Positions 50,506 through 60,070 are shown, counted from the first letter of the stretch. The stretch is DNA of 64,000 nt from an uncultured Bacillota bacterium (GCA_963804645.1 CAWDRG010000001.1:96001-160000); one strand, 5' to 3'. The notes: a model not told the origin generated them from the sequence alone. A program made the numbers and translations.

Positions 50506-52116
50506 CTACGCGCGCCCCCCGCGGCCGAACGCGCGGAGCAGCTCGATCTCCCGGACCCCGAGCGCGGCGCAAACGGCCAGATACACCGCGCCGCCGAGCA
50601 ACAGGGCCGTCCCAAGCTGCACCACGGCGCCGCCCAGGTGCGCGGCGCTGACGAACCTCCCCAGCACACGCAGCGTGATCAGCATCGTCACGGCGAGCGC
50701 GGCGGACGCGATCGCGGTGCGGACCGCCGTCAGGGCAATGTCCCGACCGCCGAGCCGGCCGAGGCGCCCGCGCAGCAGCCACAAGAGGACGCCCACGTTC
50801 ACGATCGAGACGACCGAGGTGCAGAGCGAGATGCCCAGGTACCCGAACCACCGGAGCAGCAGCCAGTTCCCGGCCGCGTTCAGGGCGATCATGAAGACCC
50901 CTACCCGCACCGGCGTGCGCATGTCGTGGAGGGCGTAGTACGTGCGCGTCACGATATAGTAGGCGGCGTACGGCACGGTGCCGACGGCGAACGCCGCCAG
51001 CGCTCCGGCGACGGCCTGCGTCGCCGCCGGCTCGAACATCCCCCGCTGGAACAGCACCCGGACCATGAGGTGGCTCGCCGCGAACGTCGCCGCCATCACC
51101 GGCATCATCGTGAACAGCACGCCCCGGAGCCCGAGCGACGTCGTGTCCCGCAGCTCGTCCCTCCCGCTGCCCGCGGCGTGCCGCGACATCGTGGGGAACA
51201 GCGCGGTGGCGAGCGACAGCGCGAAGATCGCGACCGGCGCCTGGATCAGCTGAAACGCGTAGTCGAGCACGGCCACGTAATCGACACCCGGCGGGCCGAC
51301 CAGGAACGAGGCGAAAAAGCGGTTGACGTTCGAGTTGATCTCGATCACGGCGAGGCCGAGCATCGCCGGCAGCGCCAGCCGCCCCATGTCCCGGATCACG
51401 GGATGCGCCAAGTCGATGCGCGGCGTCCAGCGCAGGCCGGCCGCGCGCGCGGACGGCAGCTGGACCAGGAACTGCGCCACCCATCCCGCGAGAAAGCTCA
51501 GGGCGATGCCGAGGATCCCGATCCGGGGCGCGAGCAGGAACACGCCCCCGATGATGACGACGTTGAAGACGCTCGGCGCGACCGCCGCCATCGTGAACTG
51601 CCGGTGCGCGTTGAGGTAGCCGGTCGCGAACGCCGACAGCGCGAGGAACACCATCGACACGAACATCACACGGGTCAGGACGATCGCCTGCGCGATGACG
51701 CCGGGATTGTGGATCAGGTATCCCGGCGCGGCGATCGGCACCAGCACCGGCGCCGCGACCACGCCGATGACCACCATCGCCAGGCCGATCAGAATGACCA
51801 GGTTGAGCGTGCTCGTGACGACCCGCTCGGTCTCTTCCGGGTCTCCCCGCAGCAGCACGCGGGTCAGCGTGGGGATGAAGACGATGCTGAGGGTGCCGCC
51901 GAGGAAGAGACGCTGGACGAAGAACGGAAGGGAGTACGCGATCACGAACGCGGCTCTGACCGACGTCGCGCCGAACATCGCGGCGATCACGACGTCCCGG
52001 ACCAGACCGAGGACTCGGCTCGCGATCGTCGCGACGGCGATCACGCTGGCCGCTCGAGCCAACCCACGGGCCGAGGTCGCGGGACGAGCCGTGGCCCCGG
52101 GTTTGACGCTCTCCAT
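50506..52116 (-). CDS. murJ: Lipid II flippase MurJ (MviN)
   Basis: SRVLGLVRDVVIAAMFG, ATALFPTMSR, LFQRGMF and YYALHDMRTP; extended -10 TGCTATAAT at 52135-52127. Confidence 0.95.
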   Translation of the reverse strand: MESVKPGATARPATSARGLARAASVIAVATIASRVLGLVRDVVIAAMFGATSVRAAFVIAYSLPFFVQRLFLGGTLSIVFIPTLTRVLLRGDPEETERVVTSTLNLVILIGLAMVVIGVVAAPVLVPIAAPGYLIHNPGVIAQAIVLTRVMFVSMVFLALSAFATGYLNAHRQFTMAAVAPSVFNVVIIGGVFLLAPRIGILGIALSFLAGWVAQFLVQLPSARAAGLRWTPRIDLAHPVIRDMGRLALPAMLGLAVIEINSNVNRFFASFLVGPPGVDYVAVLDYAFQLIQAPVAIFALSLATALFPTMSRHAAGSGRDELRDTTSLGLRGVLFTMMPVMAATFAASHLMVRVLFQRGMFEPAATQAVAGALAAFAVGTVPYAAYYIVTRTYYALHDMRTPVRVGVFMIALNAAGNWLLLRWFGYLGISLCTSVVSIVNVGVLLWLLRGRLGRLGGRDIALTAVRTAIASAALAVTMLITLRVLGRFVSAAHLGGAVVQLGTALLLGGAVYLAVCAALGVREIELLRAFGRGGRA

Positions 52117-52260
52117 AGTCGCCGACATTATAGCACAGGCCTCACGCGGACCATCGCGATGGGAAGCACACGGTAGTGTACGGTGTTGTGTGTAAAAGCA
52201 GGGACCCCAAGAGAGAGGGCGTACCCCCGACCTGACCAACCGAAAGGAGGGATACGCCCG

Positions 52261-53619
52261 ATGGCCAGTGTAGCCGCACTGACCGATCTCACCGTAGCCG
52301 ATTTGTGGAGGGAGGTCAAGGATGAAGCGACCTTGTGGGGCGACGTGTCTCGGGAGACGCTCCGCACGGTCAAGCTCTTGTTGGAGAACCGGATGCACGA
52401 TGAGTTGATCAACCATCTGAATGCTGGCCGGTATACTCGGAATCCGGACCGGCAGGGGTATCGGAATGGCGTCTACCGCCGCCGCTTGGTGACGACGTGG
52501 GGCACCATTCCCGATCTCCATATCCCCCGGGCCCGCCAGAGCGGGTTCCAGCCCTCGGTGCTCGGCCGCTACCAGCGCCGCACCAGCGACGTCAACGCGC
52601 TCGTCCGCGCCGTCTTCCTCGGCGGCCTCTCGACCCGCCAGGTCGGGCCCGTCCTCGCCAAGCTGCTCGACGACGTGGTGAGTCCCACGACCGTCTCGAC
52701 GATCACCCGGGCCTTAGATCAGGCCGCGGCGGCCTTCCACCACCGGACGCTGGGCGATGACTATCAATATCTGTTCCTCGACGCCGTCAGTCTCCGGGTG
52801 AAAGGGCTCGCGGGGAGCAAGCGCCGCTTGATTCTCGTGGCCTACGGCATTCGGCCGACCGGGCAGCGGGACCTGATCGATTTCCGGCTGGCCCGCTACG
52901 AGACCCAAGCCACCTGGGAAGCCTTTCTCACGACGCTGGCCTGCCGCGGGTTGGTGGGGAAACAGTTGCAGCTGATTACGACGGACGGCCAGCGGGGCCT
53001 CCATGCCGCCCTCGATTTGGTCTATTCGGACGTCCCGCGCCAAGCGTGCTGGGTCCATGTCCTCCGCAACGTGGCGAATCGGCTGCGGGTCAAGGACCGG
53101 GAGGCGTGTCTGCGGATGGCGCGCCGGATCTATCAGGCGCCGACCGTCCACGCCGCGAGCCGCCTCCTGCGGCAGTGGGTCCAGGCCTGGCAGGCCACGG
53201 CCCCGGCGGCGGTCGCCTGTCTGACGCGCGAGGAAGACGCCCTGCTCAGCTTCTATGCCGTCGCCGAGGCGGACTGGCGACGGGTGCGCACGACGAACGC
53301 GATCGAACGGGTGTTTCGCGAAGTCCGCCGGCGCACGCGCCCCATGACGTGCTTCACGAACGTGGCCAGCTGTGATCGGATTATCTATGCGATCGTGTAT
53401 GCTCTGAACGTCCGGCAGGCGAGGCGCTCTCTCTCAAGGGAATCTACACATAACTCTAGTATGAGAGTCAACGGTCGGGTGAAAAGGATCTGGACCGTCC
53501 CCCCGGTACCGGTGAGTGGGGCCCGTGATGCCCACTACCCTCCCGGAGGAGGCGATCCAGATGCAGATGACGATCGGAGTGCGCCGGCGTATCGCGAAAC
53601 AGACCCAACGCCGAGCTGA
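52261..53619 (+). CDS. IS256-family transposase with 53-aa read-through extension
   Basis: About 14 substitutions in 399 aa versus copy 1 (counted by eye); the native TGA was displaced by the IS110 insertion. Confidence 0.92.
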   Translation: MASVAALTDLTVADLWREVKDEATLWGDVSRETLRTVKLLLENRMHDELINHLNAGRYTRNPDRQGYRNGVYRRRLVTTWGTIPDLHIPRARQSGFQPSVLGRYQRRTSDVNALVRAVFLGGLSTRQVGPVLAKLLDDVVSPTTVSTITRALDQAAAAFHHRTLGDDYQYLFLDAVSLRVKGLAGSKRRLILVAYGIRPTGQRDLIDFRLARYETQATWEAFLTTLACRGLVGKQLQLITTDGQRGLHAALDLVYSDVPRQACWVHVLRNVANRLRVKDREACLRMARRIYQAPTVHAASRLLRQWVQAWQATAPAAVACLTREEDALLSFYAVAEADWRRVRTTNAIERVFREVRRRTRPMTCFTNVASCDRIIYAIVYALNVRQARRSLSRESTHNSSMRVNGRVKRIWTVPPVPVSGARDAHYPPGGGDPDADDDRSAPAYRETDPTPS

Positions 53620-54856
53620 ACTGACACCGGAGACGTTGATTGTGGCCTTGGATCTGGGCAAACACCAGCACGCCGTATGGGTGACTGATTCGACACGCAT
53701 TCCCCTGGATACCTGGGTGATGCCGACCAGTCCCGAAGGGTTTGCCACTCTCTTCGATCGAACCGCGCGCCTGCAAGAGCGATTCGGGCGCCCCCAGTTG
53801 CTGTTCGCCATGGAACCGACCAGTCACTTTTGGAAGCTGGCCGCACAGCAGATCACAGACCGCGGCGCGCGCTATCGCCTGGTGCAACCGTTGTCCGTGC
53901 GGCGAGCGCGAGAAGAACAGCGGTACACCTGGGCGAAAGGCGACCGGATCGACGCAGAACTGATCGCCACCCTGATTGCAAACGGGACATGGCTGGAGAA
54001 GCAGCTGGAAACGGGACCGTGGGGCACTTGGGAACAACTGGCGCGCACGCGGCTTCACTTGGTGCAGCAGCGGGCCGATATCTTGCGAGAACTGCTGGCA
54101 CTGGTCGAGCTGTGGTTTCCAAATTATCCCTACTTGCCCCACGGAGTGACGCAACCGGGCTCGGTCGCGGTGTTGCGCAGTTGCCCCACGCCGGCGGAGA
54201 TTCAACGCCTGAGCGCCGAGGCGTTTCTGACCCGCGTGCGTGCCCACTATACCGGAGCGCGGTTCCTCCCACGCCGTATCTTGCGGGTCTATCACGCGGC
54301 CAAGCACACCTGGGGCCTGCGAACTGATCGGTTGACCGCCGGCTTGCGCATTCGCATGGCGGTCCGCCGCTACGCATTACTGACCGAGCAGATTGCGACA
54401 ACGGAACGTCACCTCGCCCGATTCTATCGCGCCAGCGGCGCGCGGGCCCTGTTGGAGACCATTCCAGGCTTGGGCGCTGCGGTGGCCAGTACGCTCGTTG
54501 CGCTGATGGGCCCGGTCAATCGCTACGATCGTAGTCGTTGCGTCGTGCGGCTCGCCGGGGCGGAACCGACCGAAAATGCGTCTGGCACATTTCAAGGGCA
54601 CACTCCGGCGAGTCATCGCGGGCGCGGGGCGCTGCGATTGGTGGCCTACCAGGCAGTCCTCGGCCTCATTCGCTGTAATCCCGAGTTTCGAGCCAGGTAC
54701 GATTGGCTAACCACACGACCGAAGCGGCCGCTCCATCAGATCGCGGCCCGCGTCGCGCTGGCCAATAAACTATTGCGTACCATTTATACGATACTTGTCA
54801 CACACTGTCCGTACGATGCTTCCGTGGCGCGCGGGGAGGGGCGGAACTCGCAGTGA
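53561..54856 (+). CDS. IS110-family DEDD recombinase/transposase
   Basis: VALDLGK, AMEPTSHFW and KGDRIDA (DEDD); TIPGLG, AGAEPTENASG (catalytic Ser region) and ALANKLLR; GGAGGAGG RBS before ATG at 53561. Confidence 0.95.
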   Translation: MQMTIGVRRRIAKQTQRRAELTPETLIVALDLGKHQHAVWVTDSTRIPLDTWVMPTSPEGFATLFDRTARLQERFGRPQLLFAMEPTSHFWKLAAQQITDRGARYRLVQPLSVRRAREEQRYTWAKGDRIDAELIATLIANGTWLEKQLETGPWGTWEQLARTRLHLVQQRADILRELLALVELWFPNYPYLPHGVTQPGSVAVLRSCPTPAEIQRLSAEAFLTRVRAHYTGARFLPRRILRVYHAAKHTWGLRTDRLTAGLRIRMAVRRYALLTEQIATTERHLARFYRASGARALLETIPGLGAAVASTLVALMGPVNRYDRSRCVVRLAGAEPTENASGTFQGHTPASHRGRGALRLVAYQAVLGLIRCNPEFRARYDWLTTRPKRPLHQIAARVALANKLLRTIYTILVTHCPYDASVARGEGRNSQ

Positions 54857-55115
54857 TCAGTACCGTCCTGCTAGGGCAGCCCGGCACCGCATCTCTTGGG
54901 CACAACCCGATGTCAAGCATGGGCACGCCCTCCCGCGTACCCCGGATGGCGGCTGGTGGGAACACCCCGTATCGCCACTAGAGTGGGATGGGAGGACGAG
55001 ACTCAAGTGGGACGCGTACAGAAACTGTTTCTCAATACTAGGTTATAGCTCACTAAGCAGGCGGCGAGAAAAAACGGCCCCCTGCGCACGGGGAGACATG
55101 TGTCACCGAGGGGAC
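54857..55115 (+). ncRNA. Putative bridge RNA / seekRNA
   Basis: Target-loop-like unit at 54879-54924: stem GCCCG/TGGGC enclosing ...CATCTCT, hairpin TGGG-CACAA-CCCG and TGTCAAG (reverse complement of target CTTGACA). Donor-complementary ACTAG(AGT) at 54977 and ATACTAG at 55035. Boundaries unknown. Confidence 0.7.
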
Positions 55116-55246
55116 TTGACAAGACTCTCATAGGCTGCTTGACACTACCGAAGCACACCGGCTTAATGCCGTTTTTCCGAGTTCCAGCGCGCGACGTGAA
55201 GAGCAACTGATGGTCGAGCAATTTCCCGGACCGGTATCCTGCATCC

Positions 55247-55624
55247 ATGAAGCGGACGACGATGCCTTGTACCATTTGTGCCACCTCGCTGAATCCCAAC
55301 GGGGTCGCGGTGGGGACTCCGTACCAGGTCAGTAGTGGCAACTGGAACTTTGATATCAAACCGGGGCCCAAGCTTGGAAACGGCGAAAGCAGTTACGACA
55401 CTGTCCTGATCGTCACCTATAAGGATGGGAAGAAGCAATGCCTCATCATGCGCCCCCTTGGGACGGTGGTCTACAACCCGGCCGGAACGGCCGTGATCCT
55501 GACAATTGTGTTCGACGAAGGGGGATCCGTGAAGACGCATCGGGAGGTCTCGTTGACCAATTGGCTTCCGCGGCCCACGGTCACGACGCCCTCTCCGACG
55601 CCCAATCAACCGGGCGGTGACTAG
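55247..55624 (+). CDS. Hypothetical protein or gene remnant, lower GC than host
   Basis: 125-codon ORF with beta-rich composition, no clear RBS and no recognised family. Confidence 0.4.
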   Translation: MKRTTMPCTICATSLNPNGVAVGTPYQVSSGNWNFDIKPGPKLGNGESSYDTVLIVTYKDGKKQCLIMRPLGTVVYNPAGTAVILTIVFDEGGSVKTHREVSLTNWLPRPTVTTPSPTPNQPGGD

Positions 55625-55786
55625 GTACCCGCGGCGTCCGAGCGGCCCCGCCGTTCGGGATGAGCCGTGTGGGGCGTATCGCTCGCACGGCCGCATGTGC
55701 TACAATGAGCGGCGCGCCCGGAACGCTCGCCACCGGCAGGTGCCGGCCCGGTCGAGCGCGCGGGCAGTGGCGTCGGAGGTGTCGGG

Positions 55787-56047
55787 GTGGCCAAGCGGAC
55801 AAAGTCGGGCTTGAAGCGTAAGCGGCAGACCGTCAAGCGTACCGCCCGCAATCAGGCGGTGCGGACGGAGTTGAAGACCCTGATCAAGAAAGCGCGCGAG
55901 GCCGGGGCGTCCGGCCCGGATGAACTCCGCGCGGCCGTGCGGGCGCTCGACTCCGCCGCGCACAAGGGCATCGTGCACCGGAACACCGCGGCGCGCAAGA
56001 AGTCGCGCCTGATGAAGCGGTTCGCCCACGCGGGCGCACCGGCCTAA
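55787..56047 (+). CDS. rpsT: 30S ribosomal protein S20
   Basis: KSGLKRKRQ...RNQAVRTELKT...KGIVHRNTAARKKSRL; GGAGG RBS; extended -10 TGCTACAAT at 55698-55706. Confidence 0.97.
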   Translation: MAKRTKSGLKRKRQTVKRTARNQAVRTELKTLIKKAREAGASGPDELRAAVRALDSAAHKGIVHRNTAARKKSRLMKRFAHAGAPA

Positions 56048-56069
56048 CGTCCGGCACGCCGGCTGCGCC

Positions 56070-57149
56070 TTACGGAGCCGCCGGTCCGGATTTTCCGGAT
56101 CCGCACAACCGCACGATCAATGTCTCGAGCACGAGCCGCGGTGCCATCGCGCCGGTCTTGATCGTCGCGTCCGCCTCGAGCAGGACCGCCAGCATCTCGG
56201 CTGGCGGCACCCGGTCGAACGCCCGGAGTTGATCCCGGTAGCGCCTGAACAGCCACGCGCGGTTGCCCAAGACCTCGCGGACCTGCTCGCTCGGACGCTC
56301 GGCCCGCTCGCCGCGGTCGAGCAGCACCTGGGCGCGGAGCAGCATCCGGATCTGGTCCTCGAGAAGATACAGCACGCGCAGCGGCGGCTCGCCCGCCTCG
56401 ATCAGCGTCTGCAGCAGTTCGAGCGCACGCCCCGCCTGATGGCGCCCGACGGCGTCCGTCAGGTCGAACACCCCGGCTTCCGCCACGTGGCTCGCGATCG
56501 CGCGCACGTCGTCCGCCGTAATCTCCCGTCGGTCCCCGACGTACGCGGCCAGCTTCGCGATCTCCAGCCCGAGCTCTCGCAGCCCGCCGCCTACCAGCAG
56601 CACGAGCGTGCGCGCCGCCTCGGGCTGGACGGTCTTGCCCTCCTGCTCGGCGCGCACGCGGATCCACGCCGGGAGATCCTGGACGTCGAGCGGGCCGCAC
56701 GCGATCACCCGCCCGGTCCGTTGGGCCACGCCGTACAGGCGGCGGCGCTGGTCCAGCTTCTCCGCGGCGAGGATCAGCGTCGACGGCGGCGCGGCGGGCT
56801 CGAGGTACGCGGCGAGCGCGTCCTGATCGGCCGGACGCAGCGCCTCCGAACGGCGGACCAGCACGACCCGGCGCGCGCCGAAGAACGGCAGCGTCTCGCA
56901 GCGCGCGATGATGTCCGCGGCCGGCGTGTCGCCCGCATCGAGCGTGTCCAGGTTGAGGGCGCGCTCGGCGGCGGGCACCAGCTCGTCGAGCAGCGTCGCC
57001 AGCGCCTGCTCGGCCAGCACGTCCTCTCCGCCGAGCAGCAGATAGACGTGCGGCGGCCCCCCGGCACGGGGGCGTCCCGCGGCGGCGCCCGCGCTCGGCG
57101 CGCGCCCGCGGGGCGGCGCCGCCGGACGCTCCGCGCGGGACCGGGTCAC
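56070..57149 (-). CDS. holA: DNA polymerase III delta subunit
   Basis: [28 protein letters not shown] and VFDLTDAV; adjacent to rpsT. Confidence 0.93.
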   Translation of the reverse strand: MTRSRAERPAAPPRGRAPSAGAAAGRPRAGGPPHVYLLLGGEDVLAEQALATLLDELVPAAERALNLDTLDAGDTPAADIIARCETLPFFGARRVVLVRRSEALRPADQDALAAYLEPAAPPSTLILAAEKLDQRRRLYGVAQRTGRVIACGPLDVQDLPAWIRVRAEQEGKTVQPEAARTLVLLVGGGLRELGLEIAKLAAYVGDRREITADDVRAIASHVAEAGVFDLTDAVGRHQAGRALELLQTLIEAGEPPLRVLYLLEDQIRMLLRAQVLLDRGERAERPSEQVREVLGNRAWLFRRYRDQLRAFDRVPPAEMLAVLLEADATIKTGAMAPRLVLETLIVRLCGSGKSGPAAP

Positions 57150-57172
57150 GCGCGCCGCCCCCGCAGCGCATC

Positions 57173-57832
57173 ATGACCGCGCCGCGGCACCGGCCCGCCC
57201 GAGCAGACGCGGTCCGCCGCGGCGGGGCCGCCTCGCGCGCCGTCCTGCTGGCGGCCGCGCTGCTCGCGGTCCTCGGGCGGTTCGCTCTGCCGGCCGCATC
57301 CGCGCCCGACAGCTTGCTGCCCACGGGCACGTTCGAGATCGCGCGCGACACCTCGTCGGCCGTGTTCTTCGTGCCGGACAACCGCGGCGGATTCTCCGGG
57401 CGCACCACACAGCTGAGCGGACAGATCGTCGTCGCGCAGACTGCCGCCGAGGACTACACGGCCCAGGTCAGCGCGACGATCGACGCGGGGACGCTCACGA
57501 CCCAGAACGGCATTCGAGACGCCGCGATGCGCGCAGTGTACCTGCGGACCGCGCAGTTTCCAGCGATCACCTTCGTCGGCACCGCCAGCGCTCGCCCCGG
57601 GCTGGGGGTCGCGCCATTTCCCGCCGAGATCCGGGGACGGCTCACGCTGCGGGATGTCACGCGGGACGAACAGTTCACCGCCACGATCACGGCGCTGTCG
57701 CGCACCTACGTGGCCGACGCGACGGCCACGCTCCGCATGGCGGACTACGGCATCCCGTATCCGCGCGCGTTCATTTTCGTCGCGCGCGATCCGGTCACGG
57801 TCACCCTGCACCTCGTCGCGCGCCAGCCCTGA
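57173..57832 (+). CDS. YceI family lipid/polyisoprenoid-binding protein
   Basis: Signal peptide, [24 protein letters not shown] and DYGI. Confidence 0.88.
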   Translation: MTAPRHRPARADAVRRGGAASRAVLLAAALLAVLGRFALPAASAPDSLLPTGTFEIARDTSSAVFFVPDNRGGFSGRTTQLSGQIVVAQTAAEDYTAQVSATIDAGTLTTQNGIRDAAMRAVYLRTAQFPAITFVGTASARPGLGVAPFPAEIRGRLTLRDVTRDEQFTATITALSRTYVADATATLRMADYGIPYPRAFIFVARDPVTVTLHLVARQP

Positions 57833-57861
57833 GCGCGTGACCGGCGGCGCGCCGGCGCCCC

Positions 57862-59795
57862 TCACGACCCGTCGCGGCTGCGCGTGGCGTTCTCCTGGAC
57901 GACGCGCGCCACAAACGCCTCGAGCGGCATCGCGCCCTCGTCGCCCTTGGCGCGGCTGCGCACCGCGACGGCGCCCGCCTCCTGCTCCCGGTCCCCCACA
58001 ACCAGCATGTACGGCACCTTGAACAGCTGCGCCGCACGAATCTTGTGCCCGGTGCGCTCGCTCGTCGCGTCGACCTCGACCCGCAGCTGGTGGGCGGCGA
58101 GCGCCGCCTGGACGGTCGCGGCGTACCCGAGATGCCGGTCCGCGATTGGGATCACGCGCACCTGCTCCGGCGCCAGCCAGAGCGGAAACGCCCCGGCGTA
58201 CTCCTCGATCAAGAACGCCGTGATGCGCTCGAGCGTGCTGATCACACCCCGGTGAATCATCACCGGCTGGTGGGGCTGGCTGTCTTCCCCGATGTACTCC
58301 AGCCCGAAGCGCTCGGGCAGGTAGAAGTCGATCTGCACGGTGGAGATCGTCTCGTCCTTCCCGAGGACGTTCGGGACCTGGACGTCGAGCTTCGGCCCGT
58401 AAAACGACGCCTCGCCCTTCGCCTCCTGGTACGGCACGTCGAGCTGCCGCATGGCCTGGCGCAGCTGATCCTCGGCGAGATTCCACATCGCGTCGTTCTG
58501 CACGTACTTCGTCCGATCGTTGGGATCGCGCAGCGACAAGCCGGTACCAGAACTGCCGAAGTCCGAGGTCTTGGTACGCCCGCTGGATCAGGCGGACCAC
58601 CCCGATGAACTCGTCCGTCAGCTGGTCCGGCCGGCAGAAGATGTGCGCGTCGTTGAGCGTCATCGCCCGCACGCGCGACAGGCCGGACAGCGTCCCCGAC
58701 CGCTCGTACCGATACATCGTCCCGAGCTCGGCGATCCGGATCGGCAGCTCGCGGTAGCTGTGCCGCCCGTGCTTGAAGATCATGATGTGGTGCGGGCAGT
58801 TCATGGGACGCAGCACCAGCTCCTCGTTGTCGACCTTCATCGGCGGATACATATTGTCGCGGTAGTGGTCCCAGTGTCCGCTGATCTTGTACAGTTCGAT
58901 GCTCGCCAGGTCGGGCGTGTGCGACGTGCTGGTAGCCGAGGCTCAGTTCCAGGTCGGTGATGTAGCGGTCGAGCACGCGGCGCACCGTCGCCCCGCGCGG
59001 CAGCCACAGCGGGAGCCCCTGTCCGACCTCCGGCACCGAGACGAACAGCTCGAGCTCGCGCCCGAGCTTGCGGTGGTCGCGCCGCTTCGCCTCCTCGAGC
59101 CGCTCGAGGTAGCCGTCGAGCTCCGACTGCGTCGGGAACGAGATCCCGTAGATCCGCTGCAGCATCTCGCGGTGCTCGTCGCCGCGCCAGTACGCGCCGG
59201 ACGTACTGAGGAGCTTCACGGCCTTGATCCGCCCGGTGGACGGCAGATGCGGTCCCCGGCACATATCCTGGAACCCGTTCTGGCGGTAGACGCTCACCGG
59301 GTCGTCGGGGATCCCCTCCAGCAACTCCAACTTGTAACGGTCGCCCGCGGCGGTGAAGAGGCGCGCGGCCTCGGCCCGGGGCAGCTGGACGCGCTCGATC
59401 GGCTCGTCCCGCTTGGCCAGGTCCCGCATGCGGGCCTCGATCCGGTCGAGGTCTTCGGGCGTGAACGGCCGCCCGATGTCGAAGTCGTAGTAGAACCCGT
59501 CCTCGATCGGCGGCCCGATCGCGAGCTTGGCCTCCGGGAACAGCTCCCGCACCGCCTGCGCCAGCAGGTGGGCCGTGCTGTGCCAATAGATGGTCTTCCC
59601 GGCGAGGTCCGCGAACGTCAGCCATTCGACAGCCGCATCGCCCTCGAGCCGCGCCGAGAGATCCCGCTCGACGCCGTCAACCTTGGCCGCGAGGGCGTCG
59701 ACCGCTGCGCGGTCACGCGCCACGTCCGCCAGCGTCGTGCCGCGCTCGTACGCCTTGATCGTGCCGTCAGGAAACCGTACTGTCGCCTGCGCCAT
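57862..59795 (-). CDS. thrS: Threonyl-tRNA synthetase (two +1 frameshifts near 58922 and 58539, probably assembly errors)
   Basis: [37 protein letters not shown] and the anticodon domain, spread over three frames. Confidence 0.94.
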
Positions 59796-59811
59796 CGTCG
59801 TCCCCCCTGGC

Positions 59812-60070
59812 ATGCAAAAATCGCCCCGTCCGTTGGGACGGAGGCGATCCGCGGTTCCACCCACGCTTCCCCGCGCGACGCCGCCGCCGGAGAAACGCAC
59901 CGCCGGCCCGCCGCTCTACGAGGCACTCGTCACGCTGTCACGGGCGCACCCGGCCGGGCTTCCGCCCGCCGCTCGGGAGGGGTGTTCCGCCGCCGGCCGG
60001 GCGGGGCTTGCAGCCGAGGCCCCGCCTCTCTTCCGGCCGTCTACCGGCGTACTCGTCTCCGTCATCGCCG
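59812..60070 (-). promoter_or_regulatory. T-box riboswitch (Thr specifier) in the thrS leader
   Basis: Minus strand: GA motif, AGTA, AGAGAG, GGCTG, specifier GAAC-ACC (ACC at 59983-59981), T-box GGTGGAACCGCG and terminator ATCGCCTCCGTCC-CAAC-GGACGGGGCGAT-TTTT; extended -10 TGGTATAAT at 60109-60101. Confidence 0.95.

Larger units (their letters stand above)
53456..55139 (+). mobile_element. IS110-family element, IS1111-like (sub-terminal IRs, 3' non-coding region)
   Basis: CT at both junctions (53456-53457 and 55138-55139); sub-terminal IR TATGAGAGTC (53460-53469) / GACTCTCATA (55123-55132); DEDD recombinase; ~280-bp downstream NCR. Confidence 0.92.
52172..55149 (+). mobile_element. IS256-family insertion sequence, copy 2, right IR interrupted by an IS110 element
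   Basis: Left IR GGTAGTGTACGGTGTTGTGTGTAAAA from 52172. Right IR is split into ...TACACATAACTCT (to 53457) and CTTGACACTACC (55138-55149). Perfect 9-bp TSD GAAGCACAC at 52163-52171 and 55150-55158. Length is 1296 bp once the insert is removed. Confidence 0.93.

Noticed and set aside
53454..55136. Alternative IS110 boundaries (CT at 53454-53455 / 55135-55136, or a no-core junction)
   Set aside because: The first gives an IR one base too long and no stop codon. The no-core option remains possible but fits the AG-ending guides and the left guide less well
445..55149. Composite transposon bounded by the two IS256 copies
   Set aside because: Each copy has its own, different target duplication, the copies are diverged isoforms, and the intervening DNA is core genome
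55139..55170. Hybrid outward promoter from the IS256 -35 TTGACA driving the orphan ORF
   Set aside because: The best -10 at 17-bp spacing is CTTAAT, which lacks the key TA bases
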